From positions 96,001 through 160,000 of the forward strand of contig JANNVX010000018.1 in NCBI GenBank assembly GCA_031414595.1: DNA of 64,000 nucleotides. Reading direction: 5' to 3'. Shown here one piece after another: positions 33,501 to 43,700 of this stretch (within the stretch, counting starts at the first letter, position 1; each line of letters opens with the position of its first letter). Source of the DNA: Deinococcales bacterium (GTDB taxonomy: Bacteria > Deinococcota > Deinococci > Deinococcales > JAAFIG01). Below the pieces are notes generated by a model that worked only from the letters and a program-made list of their open reading frames with translations, ran no database searches and was not told the origin of the DNA. The position numbers and the translations under genes are program-made.

Positions 33501-33561
33501 TCAAGGTTTACTCGAGGGTTTGACAAGATTTGGTCAAGTTTCACGAGGTTGTACTTAAAGG
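33501..33561 (-). promoter_or_regulatory. 11-bp-periodic CTTGA-like array (putative response-regulator sites)
   Basis: + strand TCAAG 33501, TCGAG 33512, ACAAG 33523, TCAAG 33534, TAAAG 33556. Confidence 0.55.
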
Positions 33562-33567
33562 TCAATT

Positions 33568-34044
33568 TCAATTGCCAATGACCACACTAAAGGCAATCGA
33601 ACCTTGTTGTTTGGTCAACGGATTAACCAAGTTCATGGTCATCGGGTATGTGCCACGTTTCAAGCCAGAATCGAGTTTAATCTCGAGCCGGATGACATCG
33701 TAATTGGCTTGGAACTCGGCACGTTTGAATTTGACATTGATTCCAGTCACCACACCAATCGTTTGGGTTTCAAGAGCTTTTTCTAACCGACTGGTTTCAA
33801 TTGCACCAATCGCAAATTTGGGGATTCGTACCGCCAATTCCACGTTTCTTGAGCGCAATAATTCGCCAAAGTTACGTTCTGGTAATTCCCTAGCAATCCC
33901 ATTGGCATGACTCTCAAGGTTAATGTAGATTCGGGCTGGGTCTATGCCGTTTAAGTCACGGGCTTCGAGTGGTGCAAAACCTTGGGCAAACGCAGCAATT
34001 CCTAGGGCGAGGCTAATTGCACAAGCAGCAATTATTTTTTTCAT
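33568..34044 (-). CDS. Secreted hypothetical protein
   Basis: AGGAG RBS; signal peptide MKKIIAACAISLALGIAAFA; beta-rich C-terminus. Confidence 0.75.
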   Translation of the reverse strand: MKKIIAACAISLALGIAAFAQGFAPLEARDLNGIDPARIYINLESHANGIARELPERNFGELLRSRNVELAVRIPKFAIGAIETSRLEKALETQTIGVVTGINVKFKRAEFQANYDVIRLEIKLDSGLKRGTYPMTMNLVNPLTKQQGSIAFSVVIGN

Positions 34045-34098
34045 GTTCAACTCCTATGTTCGAGGTTATCTCGACTTGGCTATTCTGGGCTGCCTTTG

Positions 34099-34249
34099 CC
34101 AAGTTCGATTCGAGCTTCTGTCAAGGTCTTGGCGACTTTTCGGGCTTCATAAAAATCCTTTGATAGACAGCATTTTCGATGTTTTTATGGCTAGTCTTGT
34201 GCAAATCTTGATAAATTCTTTGAGTAATCTTGGTAAAACCACTTAAACT
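34099..34249. promoter_or_regulatory. Divergent promoters with 11-bp-periodic CTTG repeats
   Basis: CCAAG/TCGAG/TCAAG at 34099/34110/34121; TCTT at 34195/34206/34217/34228, then TAAACT at 34244. Confidence 0.6.
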
Positions 34250-34256
34250 GCTGCTT

Positions 34257-34937
34257 ATGAATCCCAATCCTTTAATTTTGATTGTTGAGGATGAACCCGA
34301 TATTGCTGGGTTACTCGAGGCATACTTGCGCCGCGATGGTTTTAGGACTGAACGAGCAGCCGACGGCTCGAGTGCCATGCGTTTGTACAAAACCGCCAAA
34401 CCAGATTTGATTTTACTGGACGTAAATATCCCAGACATAGATGGTTTTGAGGTGTTGCAAAAAATTCGCAGTACCAGCCAAACCCCAGTGATTATGGTCA
34501 CGGCGATGGCAGAGGATTTGGATAAATTACTGGGCTTAAAACTTGGTGCAGACGATTACGTGGTTAAACCATTTTCACCGCTCGAGGTCGTGGCTCGGGT
34601 CAAAGCTGTGCTGCGCCGAGTTGGAACACAAACCGCAACACAACCCTTGCGTTTTGCCAACCTTGAACTCGACCCTGTGGCAGTCCGTGTGCGCGTGGCA
34701 GGGCAAAGACTCGAGACCACCTTGACCGAATACCGTATCTTGGAGCATTTGCTGCGCCACCCAAACCGCACCTTTACGCGAGGTGAACTCCTCGAAATCG
34801 CCTTACCCGAATCTGATGCTTTAGAGCGGGTGATAGACACCCATCTGGGCAATTTACGCAAAAAACTAGAACGGGCTGGAATACCCGAAATGATTGAAAC
34901 TGTGCGTGGCATGGGTTTTAGACTATGCCTCGAGTGA
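34257..34937 (+). CDS. OmpR-family response regulator (BaeR-like)
   Basis: VEDE, LLD, GADDYVVKPF, winged-helix ETVRGMGFR; leaderless start. Confidence 0.95.
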   Translation: MNPNPLILIVEDEPDIAGLLEAYLRRDGFRTERAADGSSAMRLYKTAKPDLILLDVNIPDIDGFEVLQKIRSTSQTPVIMVTAMAEDLDKLLGLKLGADDYVVKPFSPLEVVARVKAVLRRVGTQTATQPLRFANLELDPVAVRVRVAGQRLETTLTEYRILEHLLRHPNRTFTRGELLEIALPESDALERVIDTHLGNLRKKLERAGIPEMIETVRGMGFRLCLE

Positions 34938-36178
34938 AGGCTTTATGGTTGTATTGGCGCAGAAAAATGCGTTCAATCGGTTCAGATTTAGGTTGGACAA
35001 TGTTTGGCTTAGTGACCTTTACAGTGATTGCTGTTTTTGTTGTGATTACTTATATTTATCTTCTTTACTGGGATAATTTTAGTAAGTTTAGTGCTGAAAT
35101 TTTAGCCAAGCGCTACAAAATTTCGGAAACTGCACTCGATAAATTGGTAGATGAAGCCAGTTTGCGGGTTGAACAAAAATTTGACTCAAGTTTTCTTGAC
35201 CCTTCGGAACAAATTTTTCTATTTGTACTATTTTTAACCATGGTCTTGTTGCCAAGTTTATTGGCTTGGTGGTTGTCACGCCGCTTTGCCAACCCACTGA
35301 CTGAATTATCCAAAGCAGCCCACCAAATTACCAATGGTGATTTCTCGGCACGGATCAAATTAACCAAGAATCTCGAGAAACGCGAGGATGAAACCGCCTT
35401 GTTACTTAAAGATTTTAATGTCATGGCACAATTTTTAGATAACTTTGAGCAGGAACGCAAATACAGTTTAGCGGCAGTAGCCCACGAACTTCGTACCCCA
35501 GTAACAGTCCTGCGCGGACGGCTCGAGGGTGTACGTGACGGTGTGTTGATGGCTGATACGGCTGAGCTTGAGAAATTACTGGGTCATGCGGATTTACTTT
35601 CAAAACTGATTGATGATTTACAACTGCTTTCCCTTGCCGAAGCTGGCGAACTACGCCTCGAGAAACGAGTTTTTATAGTTCAGGATTTACTTTCACGAAT
35701 TCATGCCGATTTTCTGCCTAAAGCCGAGCAGCAACAAATCACCCTACGATTGCAGCAGCCACCAGAAATGGTGCAAATCAATGGCGACCAGCAACGTTTG
35801 TATCAAGTCTTGAGTAATATTCTTAATAATGCCCTACGCCACACACCGGCTGACGGACAAATTAGATTGCAATTGTGGGTACTTGAAAAAACCGTGCAAC
35901 TCGAGATTCAAGACTCTGGTGCGGGGTTCTCTGAAGAAACCATGCGTCGGGCTTTTGAACGTTTTTACCGCAGTGCAGACCGCGCCCGAAAACATGGTGG
36001 CAGTGGACTTGGTTTAAGCATCTCAAAATCGTTAATCGAAGCCCACAATGGTCAAATTCAATTGATGCCAAGCCAGCAAGGGGCATGTATACGACTTACT
36101 TTGAAAAAAATTGACACCAAAATGCCAACACCAAAAAACTATTCTCGAGCCACTAACAAGGGTATAAAACCAAAGTAA
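34925..36178 (+). CDS. Sensor histidine kinase (BaeS-like)
   Basis: 2 TM, HAMP, AHELRTP H-box, NILNNALRH, DSGAG, FERFYR, GSGLGL. Confidence 0.95.
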   Translation: MPRVKALWLYWRRKMRSIGSDLGWTMFGLVTFTVIAVFVVITYIYLLYWDNFSKFSAEILAKRYKISETALDKLVDEASLRVEQKFDSSFLDPSEQIFLFVLFLTMVLLPSLLAWWLSRRFANPLTELSKAAHQITNGDFSARIKLTKNLEKREDETALLLKDFNVMAQFLDNFEQERKYSLAAVAHELRTPVTVLRGRLEGVRDGVLMADTAELEKLLGHADLLSKLIDDLQLLSLAEAGELRLEKRVFIVQDLLSRIHADFLPKAEQQQITLRLQQPPEMVQINGDQQRLYQVLSNILNNALRHTPADGQIRLQLWVLEKTVQLEIQDSGAGFSEETMRRAFERFYRSADRARKHGGSGLGLSISKSLIEAHNGQIQLMPSQQGACIRLTLKKIDTKMPTPKNYSRATNKGIKPK

Positions 36179-36196
36179 AACCCAGAAGGTGGTGGA

Positions 36197-38488
36197 TCAT
36201 TCAAGTAAATCGGTTAATTGCCGAGGGTTGACATCAATCCGTACCCGCACACCACCTTCACGGTAGCTTCTAGCAGGTTCTAGCAGTTGGGTTAGGCGTT
36301 CTCGAGTATCAGCCCGTACAAGTAACTGATAAACAAAAAGCCCTTTGACTCGAGCAATTCCAGCCGGCGCAGGACCAAGCAGTTCTAAACTAACTGCGCC
36401 TCGGTCACGGATTAAGCCACCCAGTTTACTCGAGGCAATTTCGGCATCCCCAACCCGACGGGCAGAAACTTGAATCTGTGCCATTTGTGCAAAAGGCGGG
36501 TACAAAAAGGCTTGGCGGCTCTCGAGTTCACTCTTTGCAAAACTGCTGGAATCTTCAGAATTTTGAATTTGTTGAATAGCTTTATGTTGCCCATCAAAGG
36601 TTTGAATCAACAGTAACGGCGCTCGAGTCGGATGCCATTCTAAGAGTTGCCGCAAGAGCAAATGGAAGCGTTCACCCGCCCTAAAATCGGGACTCGAGTG
36701 CATTGTATCGGCAAAGGAAATAGCGATTAAAGCTAAGTTTGGCGGTGGCGGCAAGCCCAACACAGCCGTTGTACCAACAACAATTCCACTTTCGCCAGCG
36801 TAAATAGGAGTTAAGTCATCTTTGAATTCGCGGTCAAAACGAAACAGGTTGGTTTGCGGTAAAAAACCACGTAACTCACGGACAATCCATTCACTGCCAG
36901 GTCCTTTTGGGGACAGCACTGTCCCTTCACAATTGGGACAACGGGTTGGCGGAACGGTGCTGTAGCCACACTGATGACACTCGAGGGTTCGAGCCGCCGC
37001 ATGGAATTTAAGGGCGACATCACAATGCGGGCAGTACGGAATCCAAGCGCAGTCTTTGCAACGCAGCATCGCGCTGTAGCCACGGCGCGGCGCAATGATC
37101 ACAGCTTGACGACCTCGTTCAGCAATTTGGCGCAGCACCCGTTTTAAGTCAGTGGAAATCGGAAATGAATCCCGAGCAATTGGCATATTCGACATTGGTC
37201 CGGTCTCTGGGGCTTTTGGGGCGGCATTAAAATCCACGACATGGATTCGAGCCGTGGGTGGCGGTAAAACTACCCCGTCTAAGTCAAGGCTTTCGGTGGC
37301 GGGTACACTGCCAACAAATAAAACTCGAGCCTTGGCATGTTTGGCGCGGGTTAAAACTGCATCTGGGATAAAAACCCGAGAGCCACCATGAAGTTTCCAA
37401 GCATCGGATAATTCATCCTCGAGAATAATTAAAGCCAAATCTGGGAGTGGCGCAAACAACGCCATTGGCGTTCCAAACAAAATCGGGATTGTTCCAGTGG
37501 CGCAAAAGCGCCAAACCGCTTCGCGTTCCAGTGGACGCAAAGCCCCGTGCAGCATGGCACTTTTTGCCAGTTCGCCAAGTGCCTTGTATGCCCGCTCGAG
37601 TCGTACATGGTCTGGTGCGAGATACAGCACACAATGCCCATTTTTGACGGCTTTGAGGATTAAGGATTGTAAGACCGCGAAACGCTCACGGGGTTTTGCT
37701 CCATGTAAACGCGCAGTAGCCAATCCCTCGAGTTTTTGTGCTGCCGCCAGATGCACCGCTTTGACAATTGGTCGCTCAAAAGATTGCCCAAAATTCGGCA
37801 TGGTCAGAGGTAACGGCTCGAGTTCGCGCCTTGCCGCACCCTTCTCGAGTAACTTCGAGACCATGCTCGGGCTGACCCCAGCCTCCAGTCCCCAAGCCTT
37901 CAAGGTGTAAAAACCACCCGCTTCGCGCAGTACCTCGAGGGCTGCCGTTTGTTTATCGGTCAGGGGCAGGTCTGCGTTGGTGGCTTGAATAATTTCACGG
38001 CTTGGCAATTCTAAGCGCACATCCTCGAGTAACAAACCCTGTCCACGTAAAAAATCTAAGATACTTGGGTCAAGGGCTGTTGCATTTTGGCGCTGCTCGA
38101 GTAGTCGTGCTTGTTCTGGCAGGGTTTCTAAGTTTATTCCAGCCACCAATTGTACACGGTGACTAAAATTTGGCTCGAGACCAAAGGGCATAAAATCTTG
38201 ATAGACCAAACCATCAAAACTTAGGCTTTGTTGTGCCACAGCTAGAAGGGCAGCGCAAGCATCGGGCGTAAAAATTGGTTCAGTGTCCAGAACTGCAATC
38301 GTGTCTTTGATGCTTGTGGCACGGTCTAACGTGCCGTCTAAGACTGCTAGTACCACCCCGACCCTCGAGCCACCCTGCCACGGCACAAGCACCCGCTTAC
38401 CAAGACCAAGGTGCGGTTTGCCAATGGGTTGGAAATCATAGGCTGGAAGTGGCAATGCCACAGCCACGCGCCAACGAGGGTACTTCAT
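36197..38488 (-). CDS. priA: Primosomal protein N' with degenerate helicase motifs
   Basis: RVLVPW 3'-binding domain, RRGYS + four CxxC, PDFRAGER, YPPF, LGPAPA, IDVNP. Confidence 0.92.
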   Translation of the reverse strand: MKYPRWRVAVALPLPAYDFQPIGKPHLGLGKRVLVPWQGGSRVGVVLAVLDGTLDRATSIKDTIAVLDTEPIFTPDACAALLAVAQQSLSFDGLVYQDFMPFGLEPNFSHRVQLVAGINLETLPEQARLLEQRQNATALDPSILDFLRGQGLLLEDVRLELPSREIIQATNADLPLTDKQTAALEVLREAGGFYTLKAWGLEAGVSPSMVSKLLEKGAARRELEPLPLTMPNFGQSFERPIVKAVHLAAAQKLEGLATARLHGAKPRERFAVLQSLILKAVKNGHCVLYLAPDHVRLERAYKALGELAKSAMLHGALRPLEREAVWRFCATGTIPILFGTPMALFAPLPDLALIILEDELSDAWKLHGGSRVFIPDAVLTRAKHAKARVLFVGSVPATESLDLDGVVLPPPTARIHVVDFNAAPKAPETGPMSNMPIARDSFPISTDLKRVLRQIAERGRQAVIIAPRRGYSAMLRCKDCAWIPYCPHCDVALKFHAAARTLECHQCGYSTVPPTRCPNCEGTVLSPKGPGSEWIVRELRGFLPQTNLFRFDREFKDDLTPIYAGESGIVVGTTAVLGLPPPPNLALIAISFADTMHSSPDFRAGERFHLLLRQLLEWHPTRAPLLLIQTFDGQHKAIQQIQNSEDSSSFAKSELESRQAFLYPPFAQMAQIQVSARRVGDAEIASSKLGGLIRDRGAVSLELLGPAPAGIARVKGLFVYQLLVRADTRERLTQLLEPARSYREGGVRVRIDVNPRQLTDLLE

Positions 38489-38754
38489 CTTTTTCGATAC
38501 GTGCGTTTGCTTCGACGCTCAATACCAATAATCCACATTTTATGACTTTCCACGCCAATATAAAAAATAATTCGATCTGGAGGAACTTTTAATCGCAAAT
38601 ACCCAGAATTTTGAACTGTTTCAATATCCCCAGCTTGATGGCTAACGTACATCAGAATTTTCTCGAGTAAACGTGATTGTTGTTTTTTAGTAAAGGTTTT
38701 CTCGAATAACAGTTGAACCTCATCTGAATCCCAGTCCCATCCTGTTACAATCAC
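38485..38754 (-). CDS. RelE/ParE-like toxin
   Basis: GDI...YLRLKVPPDRIIF...IIGIERR..Y pattern; basic; coupled to upstream small gene and to priA. Confidence 0.65.
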   Translation of the reverse strand: MIVTGWDWDSDEVQLLFEKTFTKKQQSRLLEKILMYVSHQAGDIETVQNSGYLRLKVPPDRIIFYIGVESHKMWIIGIERRSKRTYRKR

Positions 38755-39014
38755 AATCGTTTACCTCGTTGTTCAACAACATCAATCAACGATTGCTCAT
38801 AAGATGAGGCTGCTTCACCTTTTGGAATTTGAAGCATATAATCTTGCAATTTCACCTTGGCGCTCATCTTTTCTGAGACTGGAATTTCAGGGATTTCAAT
38901 TTCAGAAATGATTTTCTCGAGCGCTTGTTTACGACTTCTTAAACCATGTATTTTACGAAAAGCATCCAAGCGAACCATAGCCTTTTTGGAAACCACTTGT
39001 TCAAGCATTGTCAT
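38751..39014 (-). CDS. Putative antitoxin of the RelE-like toxin
   Basis: 87 aa, 4-nt overlap with toxin, leaderless promoter TAGAAT-6-ATG. Confidence 0.55.
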   Translation of the reverse strand: MTMLEQVVSKKAMVRLDAFRKIHGLRSRKQALEKIISEIEIPEIPVSEKMSAKVKLQDYMLQIPKGEAASSYEQSLIDVVEQRGKRL

Positions 39015-39074
39015 AACACTATTCTACTCTGTCTCAGCCGTAAAACCAAGTTTGTCTCGAGGACATACCATAAC

Positions 39075-40682
39075 TTAGGGTGTGCGAATTGCAAAGTTCT
39101 GGGTTTTTGCTTCGCCTTTGCTCAGACTTAAACTGATGTTAGGAGGGCTGGTTCTGGTCAAATGCCCAACCAACCAAGCATCGTATTGGGTTAAACGCAC
39201 ATAAACTCCAGGCTTATTAGGTAAGGCACAACCGATACCAAAACTAACTACACCAACTTGACGTAAACCTGTTTGATTTGCCACATAAAGTGGTCCACCA
39301 CTGTCACCTTGGCAAGTGTCAATAAAACCAGCCGCAAAACCAGCGCAAAGCATGTTAGTGGTAATGGATAAACCAGACAATTGAGCAGCACAGGCAGCAT
39401 TTGAAATAATTGGCACACTGGATTCTTGAAGGTCACTTGGAAATACTTGTGGGTCATTGCCGTTAAGTGCGCCCCAACCGACAATTAAACCATTGACCCC
39501 TGCGGCGGCTAAGGCTGTTTCACTAGGCAAAATAGCGCGAATGGTGTCTTTGTTGCTTGGAAGCGATAATTTAAGCAAAGCAATATCATTATCATTCCCA
39601 AGGCTGTTGTAACTGGGGTGAACAATAATTTGTGCCACACTTAAGCGAGTTAATGGATTCTCGAGTTTAGTGAAACCGATGGCGACGTTAATACTTGATG
39701 CAGAACTCACAACATTGTTTTCTACGACGCAATGAGCGGCGGTTAGAACCCATTCGGGAGCAATCAGGCTGCCACCACAAAATTGTGCATTGAATGGATT
39801 CCCCACGCTCGATTGTAAAAGCGCCACGATTGAGTTCCACTTGCCAATTGGCGCAACTGTGCCACCAACAATTTGCGTGGTTAAACGACCAGAATTCACG
39901 CCTAGACTCGAGCCGTAGCCAACTGGCATTTCGTGACGCACACGGTAAGAACCAGCCTTAAGGCGGTTAAAACTATAATTGCCATTGGCATCGCTTAGGG
40001 TTTGGGCTTCGAGAGTATCCGGTGAACCATTGTTATTATCATCTAACCAAACAGTCCAACCACTTCGGGCGGTATCTAGCCCATCTTGACTAGAATTTTT
40101 GTTCTGGTCAAAGAACAATTTTCCACTGACCAGCGCACTTTTTGTAATTGCAATCAATGCAGTTTGGCTCTTACTTGGGTTTGCAAGACTGGTGGCAGTG
40201 ATTGTGACATTGGTGCTGCTGTCTGGCGGAGTGAACAAACCAACACTGGTAATTGTTCCAGCCGTGGCACTCCAAGTCACACCCGTATTACTCGAGCCTG
40301 TCACCAATGCACTTAAAGTCACGATTTCTGCTGACTCGAGACTTGCAGGTGCGGTGAAACTAATACTCACTTCGGGGGCGGCGGTCACATTAACGGTTGC
40401 CGAGCCAGATTTTGTGGCATCTTGTTTACTGGTCGCAGTAATGGTGACACTACCAAGTGTATTTGGGGCAGTGAACAAACCACTTTGCGAAATCGTGCCA
40501 GCACTGGCTGACCATTGCACCGAAAGGTCGCCTGTACCAACAACGGCTGCATTGAATTGCTGCGTTACAAATGCTTGTACACTGACAGTTAAAGGCGCAA
40601 TACTGATGCTTTGAATACTGTTAGGGGTAGGACAAGCCGTTAAAGCACAAGCCAACAAGACTATTAAAATTTTATTCGACAT
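39075..40682 (-). CDS. Lipoprotein: two Ig-like domains + SdrD-B-like domain + trypsin (S1) protease
   Basis: Lipobox LTAC; repeated V.WSA.AGTI...GLFT.P; IVGG, LTAAHC, DIALLKL, DTCQGDSGGP. Confidence 0.9.
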   Translation of the reverse strand: MSNKILIVLLACALTACPTPNSIQSISIAPLTVSVQAFVTQQFNAAVVGTGDLSVQWSASAGTISQSGLFTAPNTLGSVTITATSKQDATKSGSATVNVTAAPEVSISFTAPASLESAEIVTLSALVTGSSNTGVTWSATAGTITSVGLFTPPDSSTNVTITATSLANPSKSQTALIAITKSALVSGKLFFDQNKNSSQDGLDTARSGWTVWLDDNNNGSPDTLEAQTLSDANGNYSFNRLKAGSYRVRHEMPVGYGSSLGVNSGRLTTQIVGGTVAPIGKWNSIVALLQSSVGNPFNAQFCGGSLIAPEWVLTAAHCVVENNVVSSASSINVAIGFTKLENPLTRLSVAQIIVHPSYNSLGNDNDIALLKLSLPSNKDTIRAILPSETALAAAGVNGLIVGWGALNGNDPQVFPSDLQESSVPIISNAACAAQLSGLSITTNMLCAGFAAGFIDTCQGDSGGPLYVANQTGLRQVGVVSFGIGCALPNKPGVYVRLTQYDAWLVGHLTRTSPPNISLSLSKGEAKTQNFAIRTP

Positions 40683-40758
40683 AAGACAGCTTATCAAGTA
40701 AATTCAAAAATAGCCTGAAATCAAAAAAAATGCGGTTTCTAACGCAAAATACTCGAGC

Positions 40759-43700
40759 CTAATAAAATTCTTTGATTAAACTTCGCCAAGGTAATTCAGG
40801 CTCTAAAGGCATATCGTGACCAATAAAGGCTTTGGCTAATTTCTGAACATAAAAACCAGAACGTTTATCTTGCAATAAACTTATAGCAAGGCGCTTTGCA
40901 AACATCGGGTTTAGGTGTGCTAAAGGCTCGAGCAGGTTGGATACACATTCGTAGGCGTTTAGAGCAGAGACAATTTGAATACTTTCAAAAACAGTTTTTA
41001 AGTGCTGGGTGGGAATTGTTTTACCTATTTTTTGATCGATATTAACCTTAAGTACAGCAGCCCAAGCAATAAAGGCTCGAGCTTTGAAAGTGGTATTTTC
41101 AAGTAAGGCTTGGACTTTTTGGATTTGCTGTTCTTGCAAGTAGACTCGAGCCATGCTTGTAATTGTTTCTTCTTTGATTTCATTTAGGGCTAAGTCCATT
41201 GCTGTTTGGTATTGCTTTAAGGCTTTTGGCAATTCTCCAAGCTCAAAATAGACATGCCCAATTCGTAAAATGCAATGAGCAGCCCGTAGGGTATTGCCTG
41301 TGTGCTGACAAAGTGCAAGGTTATCCTGTCCTAGTTGTAAGGCTTCTTGGTATTGTCCAAGGGCGCGTAAAGTCTCTAGTTGACCGTTGCCAAGGGCTGT
41401 TAGCATTCGCTGGTCGCCCAAGTTACGGACTTCTTTGGTGCTTGTTTTGAGAATAGCCAGCGATTCTTGGTATTTACCTTGGAATTGTAAAGCTGTAGCG
41501 AGGTTATTTTGAACCGATTGTAAATTGCGTTGGTCACGAAGTTGAATTAGTAATTCCTCAGCTTCGAGCAATTCTTGTTCGGCGCGTGCGTACTCACCGT
41601 TTCGTCCTGCCAGTATTGCCGCATGAATTGGGATTAACGACATGACCCGAATATTAGCGCCGCTTCGAGCCGCTTCTAAGGCGCTTTGGGCTTCTTCAAG
41701 TTTCCCAAGGATAGCAAGCACATCACAAAGTTGTAAGTAACTTATGGATTGTTCAAATTCATCGGCGGTTTTGCTTAATTGCACGGCTTTTTCGGCAAAC
41801 TCAAGACCTTCTAAGGCTCGAGAAGTACGAGAAAAGAGCATTGCCAATTGACGTAAACGAATCAGGTTTTGTTCATTTGATAATAATTCTGGTTGTGCCA
41901 AAGCAAATTCGGATTCGGATTCTTTGAATAGCCCTAGATTGGCTTTGGCATGACCTCGTTGCAAAGCAAATTGTGCAGCTAATTCAGGTGGTAAATCTGA
42001 ATGAGGGAGTAAAGCCGATAATTCATTAAAACGATTGCACAGTACATGCAGTATTGTTAAGCCTTGAAGGGCAGAACTCAGCCTCTCAAATTGCTGGTTC
42101 TCGAGTGTCCAAGTCCAAGCAGCACGGGCATTGTGGTAAATCAAATCCACATGGCGTTTGGTCTCCAAGTAGGCTTCGAGGTCTTGAGTACGGTAACGTA
42201 TGGGCAGTGCTTGTAGCAACTCAAAGTAGTGTGTGGCATGAGCCTGACGGGTTTGCCCTAAGCGCTCAGGATTTTGTGCAGCTTGCTCGAGTACAAATTG
42301 CCGCAGTAGCGGATGTAACTCAAGTCGTGTCTCAGTTAAACGCAATAAAGAGCGGTCTGTCAGAGCAACAATCGCAGCGCGGCTTGCCCCACTGACGGCT
42401 CGTGCCGAAGCCAAAGTAAATTCGCCCACAAAAACCGCCAAGGAAACCAGAGTTTGTTGTTCTGCACCCCCAAGTAAACGCCATGAAGAATCAAAAACCG
42501 CTCGAACGCTATGATGTCGTGGATTGCGGTCTTTAACGGGTCGCTCGAGAAAATCTAAATCCAATTGAACTTCAGCAGCAATTTCTTCTAAGCTCATGTG
42601 CCGAATCCAAGAAGCTGCTAATTCTATGGCGAGTGGCGAACCTGCTAAGTGTTCGGTCAGAACCCCGATTTGCTGTTCAATTTTGGTATCTGGGTCAAAA
42701 CTGGCTTTGACCCTTATGGCACTTTGAATAAATAAAGTTTTAGCAGCTTCAAAACTCAAACCAGATAACTCGAGAATTTGTTCGCCTTGCAGTTGTAGCA
42801 CACTGCGCGAAGTCGCCAGCAGCTTAATTTTTGCGGCGGCGCTCAGCAAACGCTGCACCCAATGTCCAATCTCGGGCAGATGCTCTAAGTTATCAAGTAC
42901 CAACAAACAATGTTTATCGCGTAAATAATCAAATAAAACCGTTTCGGCTTGACTGTTTGGTGGGGTTAAACCCAGTGCCAACAAAACACTTTGGCTTGGG
43001 TCGTCGGTGCTGCTGATGTTTTCAAAAGAAACCCAATACGCACCATCCACAAAATTATTCTGCCAAGTCCAAGCCGCCTCGAGTGCCAAACGGGTTTTGC
43101 CATTGCCACCAATGCCCAGAATCGTCAGTAAACGCCAATCGGTATCTGCAAAAAAATCGTGTAGCACAGTCAGTTCGGCTTCGCGCCCGACCAGTGGCAC
43201 AGTTGGGGCTGGCAAGGGTGGGCGAATGGTTTTGACTGGGCTTGGTTTGGCTAAGTTGGCAATGATTTCTTTGGCTTCTGGGCTTGGTTCGGCTGCCAGT
43301 TCCTCGGCTAGAATTTGGCGGTAACGTTCAAACTGCTCTAAAGCCAAATGGTTTGCGCCTTGGGCGGCGTAATAGCCAATCAGACCAAGCTGGGCAATTT
43401 CGGAAGTTGGCTCGAGTTGTAAGTATTTTTTCCAAGCCAGTTCTGCGTGAGTCACATCCAAATTTGCCAGAGTTGCCAGAACTTGGGTTTGTAAACCAAG
43501 CAATTCTTGGCGATACGTCTCTGCCCAGTCCTCGTATAAATCTTCAGACATTGGCTGACCATCTATAAAATTGGCGGCTTCTAGGAGTTTGGCTGCGTCT
43601 TTATTGGCAATACCTTCTCGAGCCAATGCCATAAAATCGCTCACATCAACACTTAGTCCGCCGATTGGCTCGAGTCGCACCACCCCAGAGACCAGTTTTG

